Source of the DNA: a virus
IMG/VR virus record: IMGVR_UViG_3300045988_110030
Location: 90,200 to 154,199 of that record
Reading direction: 5' to 3' (one strand)
DNA length: 64,000 bases
Part shown: positions 27,714 through 38,278 of the stretch, in pieces
Layout of the letters: each line of letters starts with the position of its first letter
Numbering within the stretch: the stretch's first letter is position 1
Program-made: the position numbers and the translations under genes
Notes under the pieces: model-generated
The model's database searches: none
What the model was told of the DNA's origin: nothing
The model's input: the letters and a program-made list of their open reading frames with translations, nothing else

Positions 27714-30700
27714 ATGGCGTCAACGTGTATTATTAAAAGAGATAATAAAAAGAAAGTTGTTTCTGTCTCTACCAGATCAGGGGACAGGTCTATGTTGTTT
27801 GATAAAATAGCATCTATTCCTCTTATGGAAAATAGGGAGCGGGCTACTACTGTTTTTAAAACCGTATTTTCTAATAAGTTCTTAAAGGCTTTTGGCGACT
27901 GGAGAAAGAGAGTGCCTATCAACAAACCGGCTTATAATAAGGTAAAATCCAACATCGATCTTATTCCGGAAGCCTATAGAGAAAGGGTGCTGGATAAGGC
28001 TTCTAAGATGAGTAATCCTGTTCTTGTGTCAAAATCAGATGCACCTTATGAAATCCGAGAATCGGGCTTTGGATTCTACAGCCAAGATCTGGGTGATAAT
28101 ATTATGTTGGTGGATGCTATGGTTCCGTCAAGGATCTCCGTGCCGGAAGAACCAGGAATAGACTCAGGGCAGTATCTACAAGATGCTATATCTTCGGACT
28201 TCACTCCCGTATCTATGGTACAGGATAATGATGTTAATTATATGGTTATAAAAGACGGTCTTAAGATATTTAGTCCAGAAGAGCTACCAGAAACAGATTC
28301 TAATCCTGTGGGTGTAACGTATCAGACTGGAGAACCTCGTTTGTTTTTTATGAATGATCGTAATCAATTATTTGAAGATTACGGAGAAGCTCTTCGCTCT
28401 GGCGGGAATGATATCAGAATAGGATTCTTATCTGGCACCGTTCAAGAATCTGCCTGGGATGGCGTGGCAGACATTACTTACAAGGCTGGAAAGTATGTCC
28501 TTAACAACCCCAAATCTTTTATACCTGTTATGACCGCCTCTGCTTCCACTTCTTTATCAACAAAAGGTGGGATAATAAACTACCTTATAAAGAAAGGTCT
28601 TTTGTCAGGATCCAAGATATTCGATCCGGAAACAAGAAGCTATTATCTTACAGGAGAAGGACATGCAGGACAAATTAGACTTTTCAATTCAGCCTTAGCT
28701 TATACCGAACTTCGTAATCATTTCAGTTCTGATGTTTCCATGAATGATCAAGGCATGATAACCATAAATTCATTGGATAATAGTAAGGTGACTATGAGAC
28801 TCGCCACCGGAGGAACAGAAAGAGTTAGCAAGGAGCAGATAAAGAGCGATCTTAAGTCTGGAAGATACAATGAATTGGATGCTAAATACGATCACTTTGA
28901 TGCGCTTGTAGTTTCATTTATATTAGAAGACAATGATCTTTATGCTGATACTAAAGCTAAGATAGTATCGGATTATAGCCAAGAGGAACGTAATCAACGA
29001 AATTCTATTGTTGAGATACTGAAAACGCTGGGCGTTAGTGTCGTTGGCATGACCGATTATATAGAGAAGTACCAAACTAAATACGGACACGAACCTTCTG
29101 CTAAAGCATTGGCGGATATTGCCAATAACGTAATAGCAGTCGGTGAAGATGCTACTTTGTCTGACTTAGTAGAAGAAACAGCCCACTTCCTTGTAGAGGC
29201 GTACAGAGATCAGAATGCTGTTGAATCTGTTTTGCAAGACGTAGAAGGCACTGAAGAATGGAATCAGTATGCAAATCAGTATTATAATACATACGGTAAG
29301 GTATATGAAGGAACTGAACTTGACAATGTAGTTAGGAAAGAAATTCTTGGAAAGATCCTTGCCAGGGAGATGCAGGACAGAACGGCGCCCATAGAGCCCA
29401 CCTCCTTCCTGGGACGCGTCCGGCAGCTTCTCTCTGGAATCGTAAACTGGCTTAAATCAGCTTTATCTACCCAAAGACAAGATTTGAATAACGTTATTAA
29501 AAACATTCGTGATCTTGCTATTACCGACATAGATAAAGGATTTGATACTTCTCTTTTAAAGGATAATGATTTTACATTATACTCTCTTTCCTCTATGAAC
29601 AAGAACAAGTTTCTTGAGTCTAAGATCCGGGCATTGAGAAAAACATTGAGAGACTTACGTCAGATAAGCTCTGATAGGGCTGTAACTACATCTATGACCC
29701 TTGCTCAACTTAAGACCATAGAAGATAAGATAAATAAGGTAGAGACCGAAATAGACAAAAATGAGATGGCGGCTGCCATGAATAGCATGATCTCCACAGC
29801 CGAAGCTCAGGTCAGATACTTAAGCAATGTAGTAAATACTATCCTTCATGGTGATACCAAAGACGGTAAACTTCATTTCAATACCAATGATCGAAAGAAC
29901 GTAGATATTATCAACAATCAGGTTCTTCCGATCATGAACGATCTTCGAGGATATATCCGTAATAGAAGTACCGAATTTGACGAACGTGAAAAGCAAGATT
30001 ATACAAATAGGATCAATACCGTCATTGCCGACATCAATGGTATTCAGTCTGATATTAAATCAGTACAAGATCTTGATGAAAGTACGTTGCTTGACAAGTT
30101 AATGAACGAACTTCATGTGCCGGTAGATAAGGTAAAGAAAGTAAAAGAGTTCTTTGATAAAGTCCAACACGATGTGTCCTGGATAAGTAGGTGGTTTGGT
30201 ATATTAGAACATTCTTCCAGCCCGTTTAATAACGCTCTTGGAGCTATGATTGCCAAAGACAATTATAATGCGATGGTGAATGCCCAGCCAGCCATATCCG
30301 ACTTCCTGGCATATGCGAAAAAACATGGTTTCAATAAATCTGAATTTGAAAAACTGCTTCAGAAAGTAGACGGCAAGACTTCTAATTATCTTCGTAGTGT
30401 TCTTGATATGGCTAAATACGATCGTAATAAGAAGCTGGCGCAGATGCGAGCGTTTGCAACTGCCATGAACATAGAGATATCAGAAGAAGAAATCAATGAT
30501 GTGGTTGACAATAACCGTAATTATGTGTTTAAAAGAGAAGTAGTTGACAAGGACGGAAATACGGTTACTGAGAACGCTAAATTCAAACCTTCTTCTGATA
30601 GGGTTAATACCGACATCTTTACCATCGAGCAGGAAAGGATTTATACAGAACAGATGGAGAAGTGGGATGCTGAAAATTCAGAACTGGAATTTAGTGAAAG

Positions 30701-33700
30701 TTATGCCACAAGAATGGAATCCATATACAAAAAGGCTGAAGAAGAATTGGGGTATCCGGTTTCTCAAACAACTAAAGAATATCTTAATGCTCTTTCCCGG
30801 CAAAAACGGATATTGAGGCAACCTTTTATTGATAGCAATGGTAATTTTGATGAAGTTGCTTACTTCAAGAGCAGTAATTATGAAGAAGAAGGACTGCTTC
30901 GTAAACAACGTAAGGAAGCAGCTTCAGAATACATATATGTAGGAACCAGAAGAGTCGATAAAACCGGTGATCAACTCAAGATGGCTAAAGAAATACAAGC
31001 TATAAATGAAGTATGGAGAAAAGAATCAAATAATGTTACTAATGCCGTATCAGAATCATTTTTGGAAAGATTGAGAACGATTCAGCGTGAGTCTGGAGGG
31101 GAGGCTGCACTGAGAACGCTTATGTTAGGAGGACACCTGGCTTTTAATGATCAGTTTTGGAATGATATAGAGTCAGATCAGTCGGCACGCACCGAATCAA
31201 ACAACAAGGCTTCGTATCTTAAAATGGCGCATGATATCATTAATTCTACGACAAGTGATAGAGATGCGACAGACGTAGAAGCTATTGTGAAAGATATAGA
31301 AAAAAACAGAGCTATCATCAAGGAAATAATTGGGAATAACCGCGATGTGGCTGACATCGGAGAAATCAATGAAGCGACATTTACCTCATCTGAAAGAGAT
31401 GCTTTTAGGGCTGCATCTGAAGCTATTGAAACCGATTACGCTATTTTAATAGATTATGCTAAGATGGTGGGTCTTGAAGATATTGATAAATACCTTACTA
31501 AAAGCAGTAAGGCTGAAAACGAAGTCAATCAATCTTATTTAAATGCTCTTGCTGACTCCAAGGAAGTGGAATGGAAGTTTGTGCAACGTCATACTACGGC
31601 AAAGAAAGCAAAAAGGATTCAAGCCTTAAGGGATAAACTATTTAAGGCTGCTGATAACCGATATTTGTTTACTGTATCTGAAACCAACTACTTGTCAGAA
31701 AAGCTTGGAATAAGCAAAGAATTAGACGGTAGAGATTTTAGGAATGCTGTCAATACTAAGATGGCCAGCTTGTTTTTAAATAACACAAGAGAATCAGGTA
31801 TAGAAGAGGCTAATGCTATTGTTAATGAATTTGCCAGAAGTCAAGTCTTTTCATATTACAAACGCATGACTCCTACCGGATATGCGGCTATGCTTGGTAA
31901 AATAGGTCGAGGTGAGATAGACGTGGCACAGATGGTTAAAGACGTACAGAACGGGACATCCACACAAGATTATGGTATGAATATATCGTACCTGTCTTTC
32001 GACCCTGCAAGAGCGTGGGTGGCTGAATCTGAAGCTGAAAATAGCGGTCGTAACCCAGATTATGTAAAAGATCATGGGTATGGTTATCGTATGCCCAAGA
32101 AGAGCCTGTATCGTGATGAATCGTATTTCAATGACTTCGGCATTAGATATGATGCTGATGGTAATGAGATTGCTACTAAAAACGTAGAGCAATGGAATAT
32201 GATTCAAAAACTTAAGGAAATAAAAAGACAATCCCTTTCCTTATACAAAGAGCAGAGCCCCAATTTGTATGCTATTCCACAGATATCCAAACAAGATATA
32301 GAACGTATGGAGGGATTGGGTATCAACTTCAAAAATACGGTTCGTAATTTTGTATCAGATCTCTGTCTGGACAGAGTAGACGATTCTCTATACGGTAAAA
32401 CCAGACAAGGGGAAGTATATGATCCAGAAGATAGGATTAGGTCTATACCTAAATACTACATATATGAATTAGAGAACCAAGATGACGTATCTCATGATTT
32501 TGGTTATTCTTATTCGATGCTTATGATGCAATCATCGTTATACAACGAAAAGCAGAAGTCTATAGAGCTTGCCCAAGGACTGGAGCAGATGTTACTGAAT
32601 AAGCAATTTGAAGGCGGTAAGAAAGCTGAGGCAACTCAAGCATACCAGATGTTTAGAGACTTCTTTAATGACCATTATTATGGCATTAGGATGAACACCA
32701 AGAAACTTACGGTTAACATCGGTGGATACACGATAGATCTTACAAGAATTATGATGGCCGTTGAAAGATTTATGTCGGTCATGAACTTAGCGCTGTCCCC
32801 GTTTGTGGCAGCTACCGGCGCTCTGACAGGTCATATTAACCTCATCATGGAATCTGCCGTAGGACAATATATAAGCAAAGATTCCCTTAAATACGCATCG
32901 GCTGAGTTTTCACGTCTTGCGCCATCTTGTATAGCAGAAACCGGAGACATAGATAGAAAAAGCAAATTATATGTCATAGGTGAGAGAATGGGGATATTCA
33001 ATATCCGAAATCGTATGTATGGTGCCGGATATAATAGAGTGGCCAGGACCTTAATGCGTTCACCTATGTATGCTTTTATGGAAATCCTGAACTACCCTCT
33101 TGATCCGCAGGTTATGATTGCTACTATGGACAATGTTCGTTATTACAAAGGTCGGTTCTACACGTTCCAAGATTTCAAGATGGAAAAAGAACGCAATAAA
33201 GAACAGAGTACCATAAAAAGAGAATGGAACGCATTAAAAGATCGTACTTTATGGAGTATGGTAGACGTCGTGGATGGAAAGGTGGTTGTAAAGCCGGGAT
33301 CGGGTGTTACTGTTGAGGAAGTTGAAACCCAGATGGCTATAACCAGGAATCAAGTCCGTAGCTTGTCGCAGATATGTAACGGATCTTTGAATGAAGAAAA
33401 CCGGACCGCCGCATCACGTAACTGGATAGCCAGGTTCATGACTGCCCACCGAGGATGGCTGGTGCTGGCGGCTCAACGTCTGTGGAAAAGAAGGGGGTTC
33501 AATTTCCAGACAATGCAAGAAGAAGAAGGGCTGTCAATTACGTTAAAGAATATGATAGCCAAAACATTTAGCTTAGCTTCCGAGCCTGGTATGAAAAATA
33601 TCATAGATGCCTGGAACGAAAATAAAGATAAGATGGGTGAGGTGGAAAAGACTAATCTTAAACGCCTCAGTGTTTATGCCGGCACGTTCCTCATCATGCA

Positions 33701-34130
33701 GGCCGTGTCTATGCTTCTTGCCGGATGGCGTGATGATGATGAAAACGAGGAAAGCTGGCTTACTCAATTCGGATCCTATGTAGGATTCAGAACCATAAAT
33801 GAAATAGCATCTCAGATGCCGTTTATTATGGAGCTTAATGTGGTGGATATCATTAATGACCCTTTTGTTATGGGACGGAAACTGAAGGATCTCACCGATC
33901 TCAGGAACTACTCACTTGATAAAGTAACATCTGGTACATACAAAGGTGAGTCTAAGTTATTTAGACAACTCGCTAAACAGACGTTTATCAAACAATGGTA
34001 TAACATTAAGACGCCGGAAGACGTAGCACGCGCCTATAACTGGTGGCAGCAGACGAACAATAAGTCAATGATGTTCTTCATCGGCGCCACTCCTGATTCG
34101 GAAGGAGACGATGATGTGAGCTACAAGTAG
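27714..34130 (+). CDS. Giant virion/ejection-type protein (2138 aa).
   Basis: A 6.4-kb uninterrupted ORF with extensive coiled-coil regions and a C-terminal hydrophobic, TM-like segment (…ALSPFVAATGALTGHINLIMESAVG…). No recognisable catalytic motif. Confidence 0.7.
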   Translation: MASTCIIKRDNKKKVVSVSTRSGDRSMLFDKIASIPLMENRERATTVFKTVFSNKFLKAFGDWRKRVPINKPAYNKVKSNIDLIPEAYRERVLDKASKMSNPVLVSKSDAPYEIRESGFGFYSQDLGDNIMLVDAMVPSRISVPEEPGIDSGQYLQDAISSDFTPVSMVQDNDVNYMVIKDGLKIFSPEELPETDSNPVGVTYQTGEPRLFFMNDRNQLFEDYGEALRSGGNDIRIGFLSGTVQESAWDGVADITYKAGKYVLNNPKSFIPVMTASASTSLSTKGGIINYLIKKGLLSGSKIFDPETRSYYLTGEGHAGQIRLFNSALAYTELRNHFSSDVSMNDQGMITINSLDNSKVTMRLATGGTERVSKEQIKSDLKSGRYNELDAKYDHFDALVVSFILEDNDLYADTKAKIVSDYSQEERNQRNSIVEILKTLGVSVVGMTDYIEKYQTKYGHEPSAKALADIANNVIAVGEDATLSDLVEETAHFLVEAYRDQNAVESVLQDVEGTEEWNQYANQYYNTYGKVYEGTELDNVVRKEILGKILAREMQDRTAPIEPTSFLGRVRQLLSGIVNWLKSALSTQRQDLNNVIKNIRDLAITDIDKGFDTSLLKDNDFTLYSLSSMNKNKFLESKIRALRKTLRDLRQISSDRAVTTSMTLAQLKTIEDKINKVETEIDKNEMAAAMNSMISTAEAQVRYLSNVVNTILHGDTKDGKLHFNTNDRKNVDIINNQVLPIMNDLRGYIRNRSTEFDEREKQDYTNRINTVIADINGIQSDIKSVQDLDESTLLDKLMNELHVPVDKVKKVKEFFDKVQHDVSWISRWFGILEHSSSPFNNALGAMIAKDNYNAMVNAQPAISDFLAYAKKHGFNKSEFEKLLQKVDGKTSNYLRSVLDMAKYDRNKKLAQMRAFATAMNIEISEEEINDVVDNNRNYVFKREVVDKDGNTVTENAKFKPSSDRVNTDIFTIEQERIYTEQMEKWDAENSELEFSESYATRMESIYKKAEEELGYPVSQTTKEYLNALSRQKRILRQPFIDSNGNFDEVAYFKSSNYEEEGLLRKQRKEAASEYIYVGTRRVDKTGDQLKMAKEIQAINEVWRKESNNVTNAVSESFLERLRTIQRESGGEAALRTLMLGGHLAFNDQFWNDIESDQSARTESNNKASYLKMAHDIINSTTSDRDATDVEAIVKDIEKNRAIIKEIIGNNRDVADIGEINEATFTSSERDAFRAASEAIETDYAILIDYAKMVGLEDIDKYLTKSSKAENEVNQSYLNALADSKEVEWKFVQRHTTAKKAKRIQALRDKLFKAADNRYLFTVSETNYLSEKLGISKELDGRDFRNAVNTKMASLFLNNTRESGIEEANAIVNEFARSQVFSYYKRMTPTGYAAMLGKIGRGEIDVAQMVKDVQNGTSTQDYGMNISYLSFDPARAWVAESEAENSGRNPDYVKDHGYGYRMPKKSLYRDESYFNDFGIRYDADGNEIATKNVEQWNMIQKLKEIKRQSLSLYKEQSPNLYAIPQISKQDIERMEGLGINFKNTVRNFVSDLCLDRVDDSLYGKTRQGEVYDPEDRIRSIPKYYIYELENQDDVSHDFGYSYSMLMMQSSLYNEKQKSIELAQGLEQMLLNKQFEGGKKAEATQAYQMFRDFFNDHYYGIRMNTKKLTVNIGGYTIDLTRIMMAVERFMSVMNLALSPFVAATGALTGHINLIMESAVGQYISKDSLKYASAEFSRLAPSCIAETGDIDRKSKLYVIGERMGIFNIRNRMYGAGYNRVARTLMRSPMYAFMEILNYPLDPQVMIATMDNVRYYKGRFYTFQDFKMEKERNKEQSTIKREWNALKDRTLWSMVDVVDGKVVVKPGSGVTVEEVETQMAITRNQVRSLSQICNGSLNEENRTAASRNWIARFMTAHRGWLVLAAQRLWKRRGFNFQTMQEEEGLSITLKNMIAKTFSLASEPGMKNIIDAWNENKDKMGEVEKTNLKRLSVYAGTFLIMQAVSMLLAGWRDDDENEESWLTQFGSYVGFRTINEIASQMPFIMELNVVDIINDPFVMGRKLKDLTDLRNYSLDKVTSGTYKGESKLFRQLAKQTFIKQWYNIKTPEDVARAYNWWQQTNNKSMMFFIGATPDSEGDDDVSYK

Positions 34131-34256
34131 ACGAAGAATATTGGGCTTATATTACTACAATATGGCCCTAATATGCTATCTTAGCATTGTCAAAGAGTAG
34201 ACTATACGTTTTTTGTTCTTACTTTAAAGGTTATGTAGGTTTAATTTTTTCTGAAA

Positions 34257-34808
34257 TTGTTTTCTTACCAGTTCTCAGTCAGCGATGATAGAGAACTGGT
34301 TTCTTTTGTTATGAAAAAAATGCTATCTTGCAAAAAAAATAAAATAATGAGAAGAAGGTTTTTGTCATATGATTTATTTCAGACGATAATTCCCGTTTTC
34401 GCCGTTAGTATATCTGCACCTCTTTCCACTTGGAAAAATGCCGTTCATATACTTACCACGAGATCGAGGGAAAGTGGTGGTATAAATGTTGGAAAATATG
34501 CGGTTGATATTGCCAGTTCCAATTACGTGTGTACTATGGGAGATACCCAAAGTATAGATTGCCATATGACTCCATCTGGGTCCGGCATCAATTGCTATTT
34601 CAATAATGGAAATGTCACAGAGGATATTTATCTTACATTTTATCTGGAGGATGTTCTGTACTATTTCTATATAACAGATAAGACAAACGATTCAGATCTT
34701 CGTCCTCAACTTTCTATGGATGTTGATAAATATTTTATAGATACTATACATATAATAAAGACAATAAGTGATTTTGTTGCACCTGATACTTACTTAAAAG
34801 GAATATGA
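34257..34808 (+). CDS. Hypothetical secreted or membrane protein. The true start is likely MKKMLSCKK… at ~34311, because the first codons overlap a 9-bp hairpin at 34264-34294.
   Basis: A signal-peptide/TM-like N-terminus (LFQTIIPVFAVSISAPLS). Confidence 0.45.
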   Translation: MFSYQFSVSDDRELVSFVMKKMLSCKKNKIMRRRFLSYDLFQTIIPVFAVSISAPLSTWKNAVHILTTRSRESGGINVGKYAVDIASSNYVCTMGDTQSIDCHMTPSGSGINCYFNNGNVTEDIYLTFYLEDVLYYFYITDKTNDSDLRPQLSMDVDKYFIDTIHIIKTISDFVAPDTYLKGI

Positions 34809-35539
34809 GAAGAAGATTTGAAACATCATTAAAAATATATGAATATCAAATAGTTAGCAACTGTATAGGGGGGGGGGTAATCATTGATGATGAAATAGTC
34901 GGTACCGTTCCACAAAGTGGTGTATTTACCTTTCTTTCTATAAAACAACGTCTGGGTTCTATAAGTATCCAAGGAGGAGTCCCATCTAATACAAAAGAGA
35001 CTATCAGCGAACAAACAGAATCTACGAAAGAGCTTGTAGAGAAGGATGACATTAAACTTATTATAGGTAGAGTAGAATCTCCTTCTTTAGGTTTTTTGAT
35101 ACGTCTTTATTTGCCTGACCAGTTTACAGTGAGAGAACAAGAAAAGAAATATGTAACATATCGTGAAATACTATATACTGCTCCTGGTAAAAAATACAAT
35201 GTAAACAATGATAATCCTATTGTAATGAATTACACCAGTGAGCAACATGAGTACCCAGATACGATAATAGGAGATCCTGTAGATAAGATCTACGAAACCG
35301 GCTCAGATACATCATGGAGTTGCGAACTTGTTGAAACTAATATTGAACCAGAGCCTTCTCCTACATCTTTTCAAAATTTGACCCTAACATCAATAGTCAG
35401 ACCTATTATAACCAGGTTGGGTCAAGGCACTTTATATGCCACCTATTCCGCTCATATAAAACTTGAATTATATTCTAAAGCGTATGGAAGTATAGGTGAA
35501 TATGTGGTAACATCGGAGACAGTTACGTTCGACAATTAA
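34805..35539 (+). CDS. Hypothetical tail-fibre/receptor-binding-like protein (244 aa) containing a G10 homopolymer tract.
   Basis: An ORF at the 3' end of the structural block. The G10 run at 34868-34877 encodes GGG. The functional assignment is inference from position only. Confidence 0.45.
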   Translation: MRRRFETSLKIYEYQIVSNCIGGGVIIDDEIVGTVPQSGVFTFLSIKQRLGSISIQGGVPSNTKETISEQTESTKELVEKDDIKLIIGRVESPSLGFLIRLYLPDQFTVREQEKKYVTYREILYTAPGKKYNVNNDNPIVMNYTSEQHEYPDTIIGDPVDKIYETGSDTSWSCELVETNIEPEPSPTSFQNLTLTSIVRPIITRLGQGTLYATYSAHIKLELYSKAYGSIGEYVVTSETVTFDN

Positions 35540-35542
35540 AAC

Positions 35543-35585
35543 AATTCTGCATATAGAATCTATACTATCATCTATATGCAGAATT
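35543..35585. terminator. Bidirectional terminator. It is a perfect 15-bp inverted repeat (aattctgcatataga / tctatatgcagaatt) with a 13-nt loop, sitting between convergent genes at the strand switch.
   Basis: Directly read. Lies 4 nt after the plus-strand stop at 35539 and 16 nt after the minus-strand small ORF stop at 35601. Confidence 0.7.
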
Positions 35586-35600
35586 GTATATATAACTGCC

Positions 35601-35765
35601 TTAATCATTTGGAATAACTCCCACTACTTCTTCTGTTGCAGCTTTTTGTTTAACAAAATCTTCTGCCTCATCCCAAGAAGTAGCCCATATTTCACCAGCG
35701 TATTTTCGCCCGTTGATTTCAAATTCTGTCAAAAATTTCTTTTGTTTTTCTTCTTTTGTTTTCAT
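35601..35765 (-). CDS. Small hypothetical protein (54 aa; MKTKEEKQKKFLTEFEINGRKYAGEIWATSWDEAEDFVKQKAATEEVVGVIPND).
   Basis: Translated by hand. It is below the ORF-track size cut-off, and it ends just before the bidirectional terminator. Confidence 0.4.
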   Translation of the reverse strand: MKTKEEKQKKFLTEFEINGRKYAGEIWATSWDEAEDFVKQKAATEEVVGVIPND

Positions 35766-35821
35766 AACTATAATTTTTAAAAGTGAATAATTAATTGAGA
35801 TATATAATTATCTTAATTGAT

Positions 35822-36301
35822 TTATAAAAAATGTACCCTATCTGTGAAAACTAAACCAATACCTTCTATAATATATCCTACTACAGGAGCTTTGTCAAAT
35901 TCCTCCTTCGTAGCCCAAGTAGCATTATCAGGCATCAGTTCCTTAAATGCGTCCGAAACATCACCTTGGCACCAGCAGTTATTTGATACAACAACGCCTT
36001 TCCCTTCGATATTGACATACATTTTTCTTCCACCACATCCAAGGCCATTCCATCCTCTTGGCACGTTTTCCACCATAGGCTTAAGCACCCAGCTTTCACC
36101 GTCTATCCTAACCCATCCCGGATCGTCTTTGTGTTTGTCGTACATATTTTGCCAAAAAGAGCATTCGTAGCACCATCCCTTGTCTTCCATGATAGTTCTT
36201 ATCTCACACCTTTCAAATCCATCTGCATCCATCGTGTGCGGAGAATGAGGCTGGTGAGGGGTGCCACATTTCGGACATACGAGTTTTAAATTCTTTTCCA
36301 T
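35822..36301 (-). CDS. Hypothetical zinc-ribbon protein (159 aa) with an N-terminal CPKCG…H…H motif.
   Basis: ORF, the first gene of the minus-strand block. Confidence 0.5.
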   Translation of the reverse strand: MEKNLKLVCPKCGTPHQPHSPHTMDADGFERCEIRTIMEDKGWCYECSFWQNMYDKHKDDPGWVRIDGESWVLKPMVENVPRGWNGLGCGGRKMYVNIEGKGVVVSNNCWCQGDVSDAFKELMPDNATWATKEEFDKAPVVGYIIEGIGLVFTDRVHFL

Positions 36302-36302
36302 A

Positions 36303-36536
36303 TTATTTAATTTTTACGATCTTAATGGAATCTCCTATATTGTATTCCCCTTGGTGCCCAACGAATTTTATTAACCTATTACTGTGAGCTATTGAAACTC
36401 TTTCGTCTTCACCATAATACATTATACATCCACCACGTAAAGGTTTTAAATCGTATATAACCCATCCGTCATTAACTTGATTATCATATTTGCATGATGA
36501 TAATACAAGTGTCATCAATAAAACAAAATATTTCAT
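36303..36536 (-). CDS. Hypothetical secreted protein (77 aa) with a signal-peptide-like N-terminus.
   Basis: ORF. Confidence 0.35.
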   Translation of the reverse strand: MKYFVLLMTLVLSSCKYDNQVNDGWVIYDLKPLRGGCIMYYGEDERVSIAHSNRLIKFVGHQGEYNIGDSIKIVKIK

Positions 36537-36543
36537 ATTATTT

Positions 36544-36735
36544 TCAACATAAAAATTTATAACCTGGTTTTACCGCTTCCGCTTCTTCTTTTGTATCAAA
36601 CATTAAGGTAGTAACGGCTCCCATGCCATAACAATCGTAAGACACTTTCACCCACCACCTGAAAATTCCCGATCCGTAATCATCATAATACGGCTCGGAA
36701 AGAACCTCTTCTACGTACCCATCTAAGTAATTCAT
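36544..36735 (-). CDS. Hypothetical protein (63 aa).
   Basis: ORF. Confidence 0.3.
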   Translation of the reverse strand: MNYLDGYVEEVLSEPYYDDYGSGIFRWWVKVSYDCYGMGAVTTLMFDTKEEAEAVKPGYKFLC

Positions 36736-37454
36736 GATCGTTCCTCCTTATTTTTAGATTCTGCTTCTTCGAGTATGCTAATTACTTTGTCAACAATATC
36801 TGAATCGGACATTTTCTCAATAAAAATATCCATTGCCTTAGTTATGTCATTGGCTTCTTTTTCCTCAAGAGCTATTTCTCCACCGGTAATAGCATCAGAT
36901 AATGATGTAGATAAGTGTCTTATCTTATCAATGCTCATAAACGTAAATGGATTACCACCTTGACCCCCACCCATTTCTTTCATGATCTGATATCCACCTG
37001 AGATAAGTCTGCCTGATGTCGTGGCCAAGGAGGATACGATTAGGGACAGTACCGCCGCTTCCGTCCGCTCCTCGGACACACCCCTCGACCACACGGCTGC
37101 CCTTATAGCGCCGGCCAGGTTGTCTATGTATGGCATGAGGCAATCTTCCATCGCTTGTGTTATATCAGCTATAACCTCACTACGCTCTTTATTTATGTAG
37201 TAGATAGAAGCATTGTACTTCTTTATCTCTTTGTCCATGTCATTTAAAAGACGCTTGATATTGTGCTTATACATAGGACTGGTTTTAATTACTTCCTTTA
37301 GCTTAAGAATGTAATTATAAGCCTGGTCGTTTACGAACAACGTCATGGTCTCAACCGTTGAATGAAGCGTGTTAAGACTGTTAAGAATCTTATCGAAATT
37401 ATTTATCAAATAAGCTTTTCTGGCTTTTGCTGCGTAATTAATCATCGCATTCAA
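36732..37454 (-). CDS. Hypothetical protein (240 aa).
   Basis: ORF; 4-nt overlap with the downstream gene. Confidence 0.5.
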   Translation of the reverse strand: MNAMINYAAKARKAYLINNFDKILNSLNTLHSTVETMTLFVNDQAYNYILKLKEVIKTSPMYKHNIKRLLNDMDKEIKKYNASIYYINKERSEVIADITQAMEDCLMPYIDNLAGAIRAAVWSRGVSEERTEAAVLSLIVSSLATTSGRLISGGYQIMKEMGGGQGGNPFTFMSIDKIRHLSTSLSDAITGGEIALEEKEANDITKAMDIFIEKMSDSDIVDKVISILEEAESKNKEERS

Positions 37455-37968
37455 ATTTTAGATTTTCAAGTTCATTCAATTTTTTCTTAATAGATTCGAT
37501 CAGGTGCGCTCTCCGTTCCTCTGCATGTTTTAAAGCTTCTTCTTTGCTCTCAAAAGCATCCATTCCTATTTCATAAGGAGTGAACCTATCAGGGATGTCG
37601 GCTAACAAAAGACCACCATACTCTTCTATTTTAGCTTTTACTTTTCTTATTATACCGTCTCTCAGGCACGCATCCGTAACCCATATAAATCTATCACATT
37701 CTTCTAATTCCCTTTCGTACAATTCATACCATTCCGGCTTAGGGAATCTTAATGTGAATCTAATTTCGGTATCTTTCTCTAAGACATTAATATCATACGC
37801 CTCCGGCCACAGTTCTTTTATGCTGTCTTCATCTTCAGCATACGCTACCAATACAAATGAATTACTGGATTCTGCACTACACCAATATGGATATTTTATA
37901 GGCCATTTGACTGGACGGTAATTATTGTTACAGTCATCCTTTCTAATGTAAAATCTTGCTCTAATCAT
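37438..37968 (-). CDS. Hypothetical protein (176 aa).
   Basis: ORF. Confidence 0.5.
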   Translation of the reverse strand: MIRARFYIRKDDCNNNYRPVKWPIKYPYWCSAESSNSFVLVAYAEDEDSIKELWPEAYDINVLEKDTEIRFTLRFPKPEWYELYERELEECDRFIWVTDACLRDGIIRKVKAKIEEYGGLLLADIPDRFTPYEIGMDAFESKEEALKHAEERRAHLIESIKKKLNELENLKFECDD

Positions 37969-37969
37969 G

Positions 37970-38278
37970 TTATTCTACTTTTTTGATTTCGCTTAAATCG
38001 CCTTCATACACCAAATAAGATCCTCTTCCAGGTCTTCCTTCTTTATTAACTTCCTGGATTGTAAATATAACTGTTCCAGTACTCATGATTTGAACGCTCT
38101 TGAAGAAACCAACAAGAGGTTCTTTCGAACGTTTGTAAAGAACGCTTACCTTATCTCCCTTCTTGAATCCATAAACAGAATCGAAATATTCCTTTTTAAT
38201 TCTTTCAATATTATTTCTATGTTTGTTCATTGCATCAAGCTCTGTGTCTAACAGTTGAATCATTTGTTCTTTTGTCAT
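37970..38278 (-). CDS. Hypothetical protein (102 aa).
   Basis: ORF. Confidence 0.45.
   Translation of the reverse strand: MTKEQMIQLLDTELDAMNKHRNNIERIKKEYFDSVYGFKKGDKVSVLYKRSKEPLVGFFKSVQIMSTGTVIFTIQEVNKEGRPGRGSYLVYEGDLSEIKKVE

Noticed and set aside
35817-36170. Plus-strand ORF (117 aa) at the start of the minus-strand block.
   Set aside because: It completely overlaps the minus-strand 159-aa zinc-ribbon ORF, which has a better protein-like composition. The plus-strand ORF also starts after the bidirectional terminator, with no promoter context.
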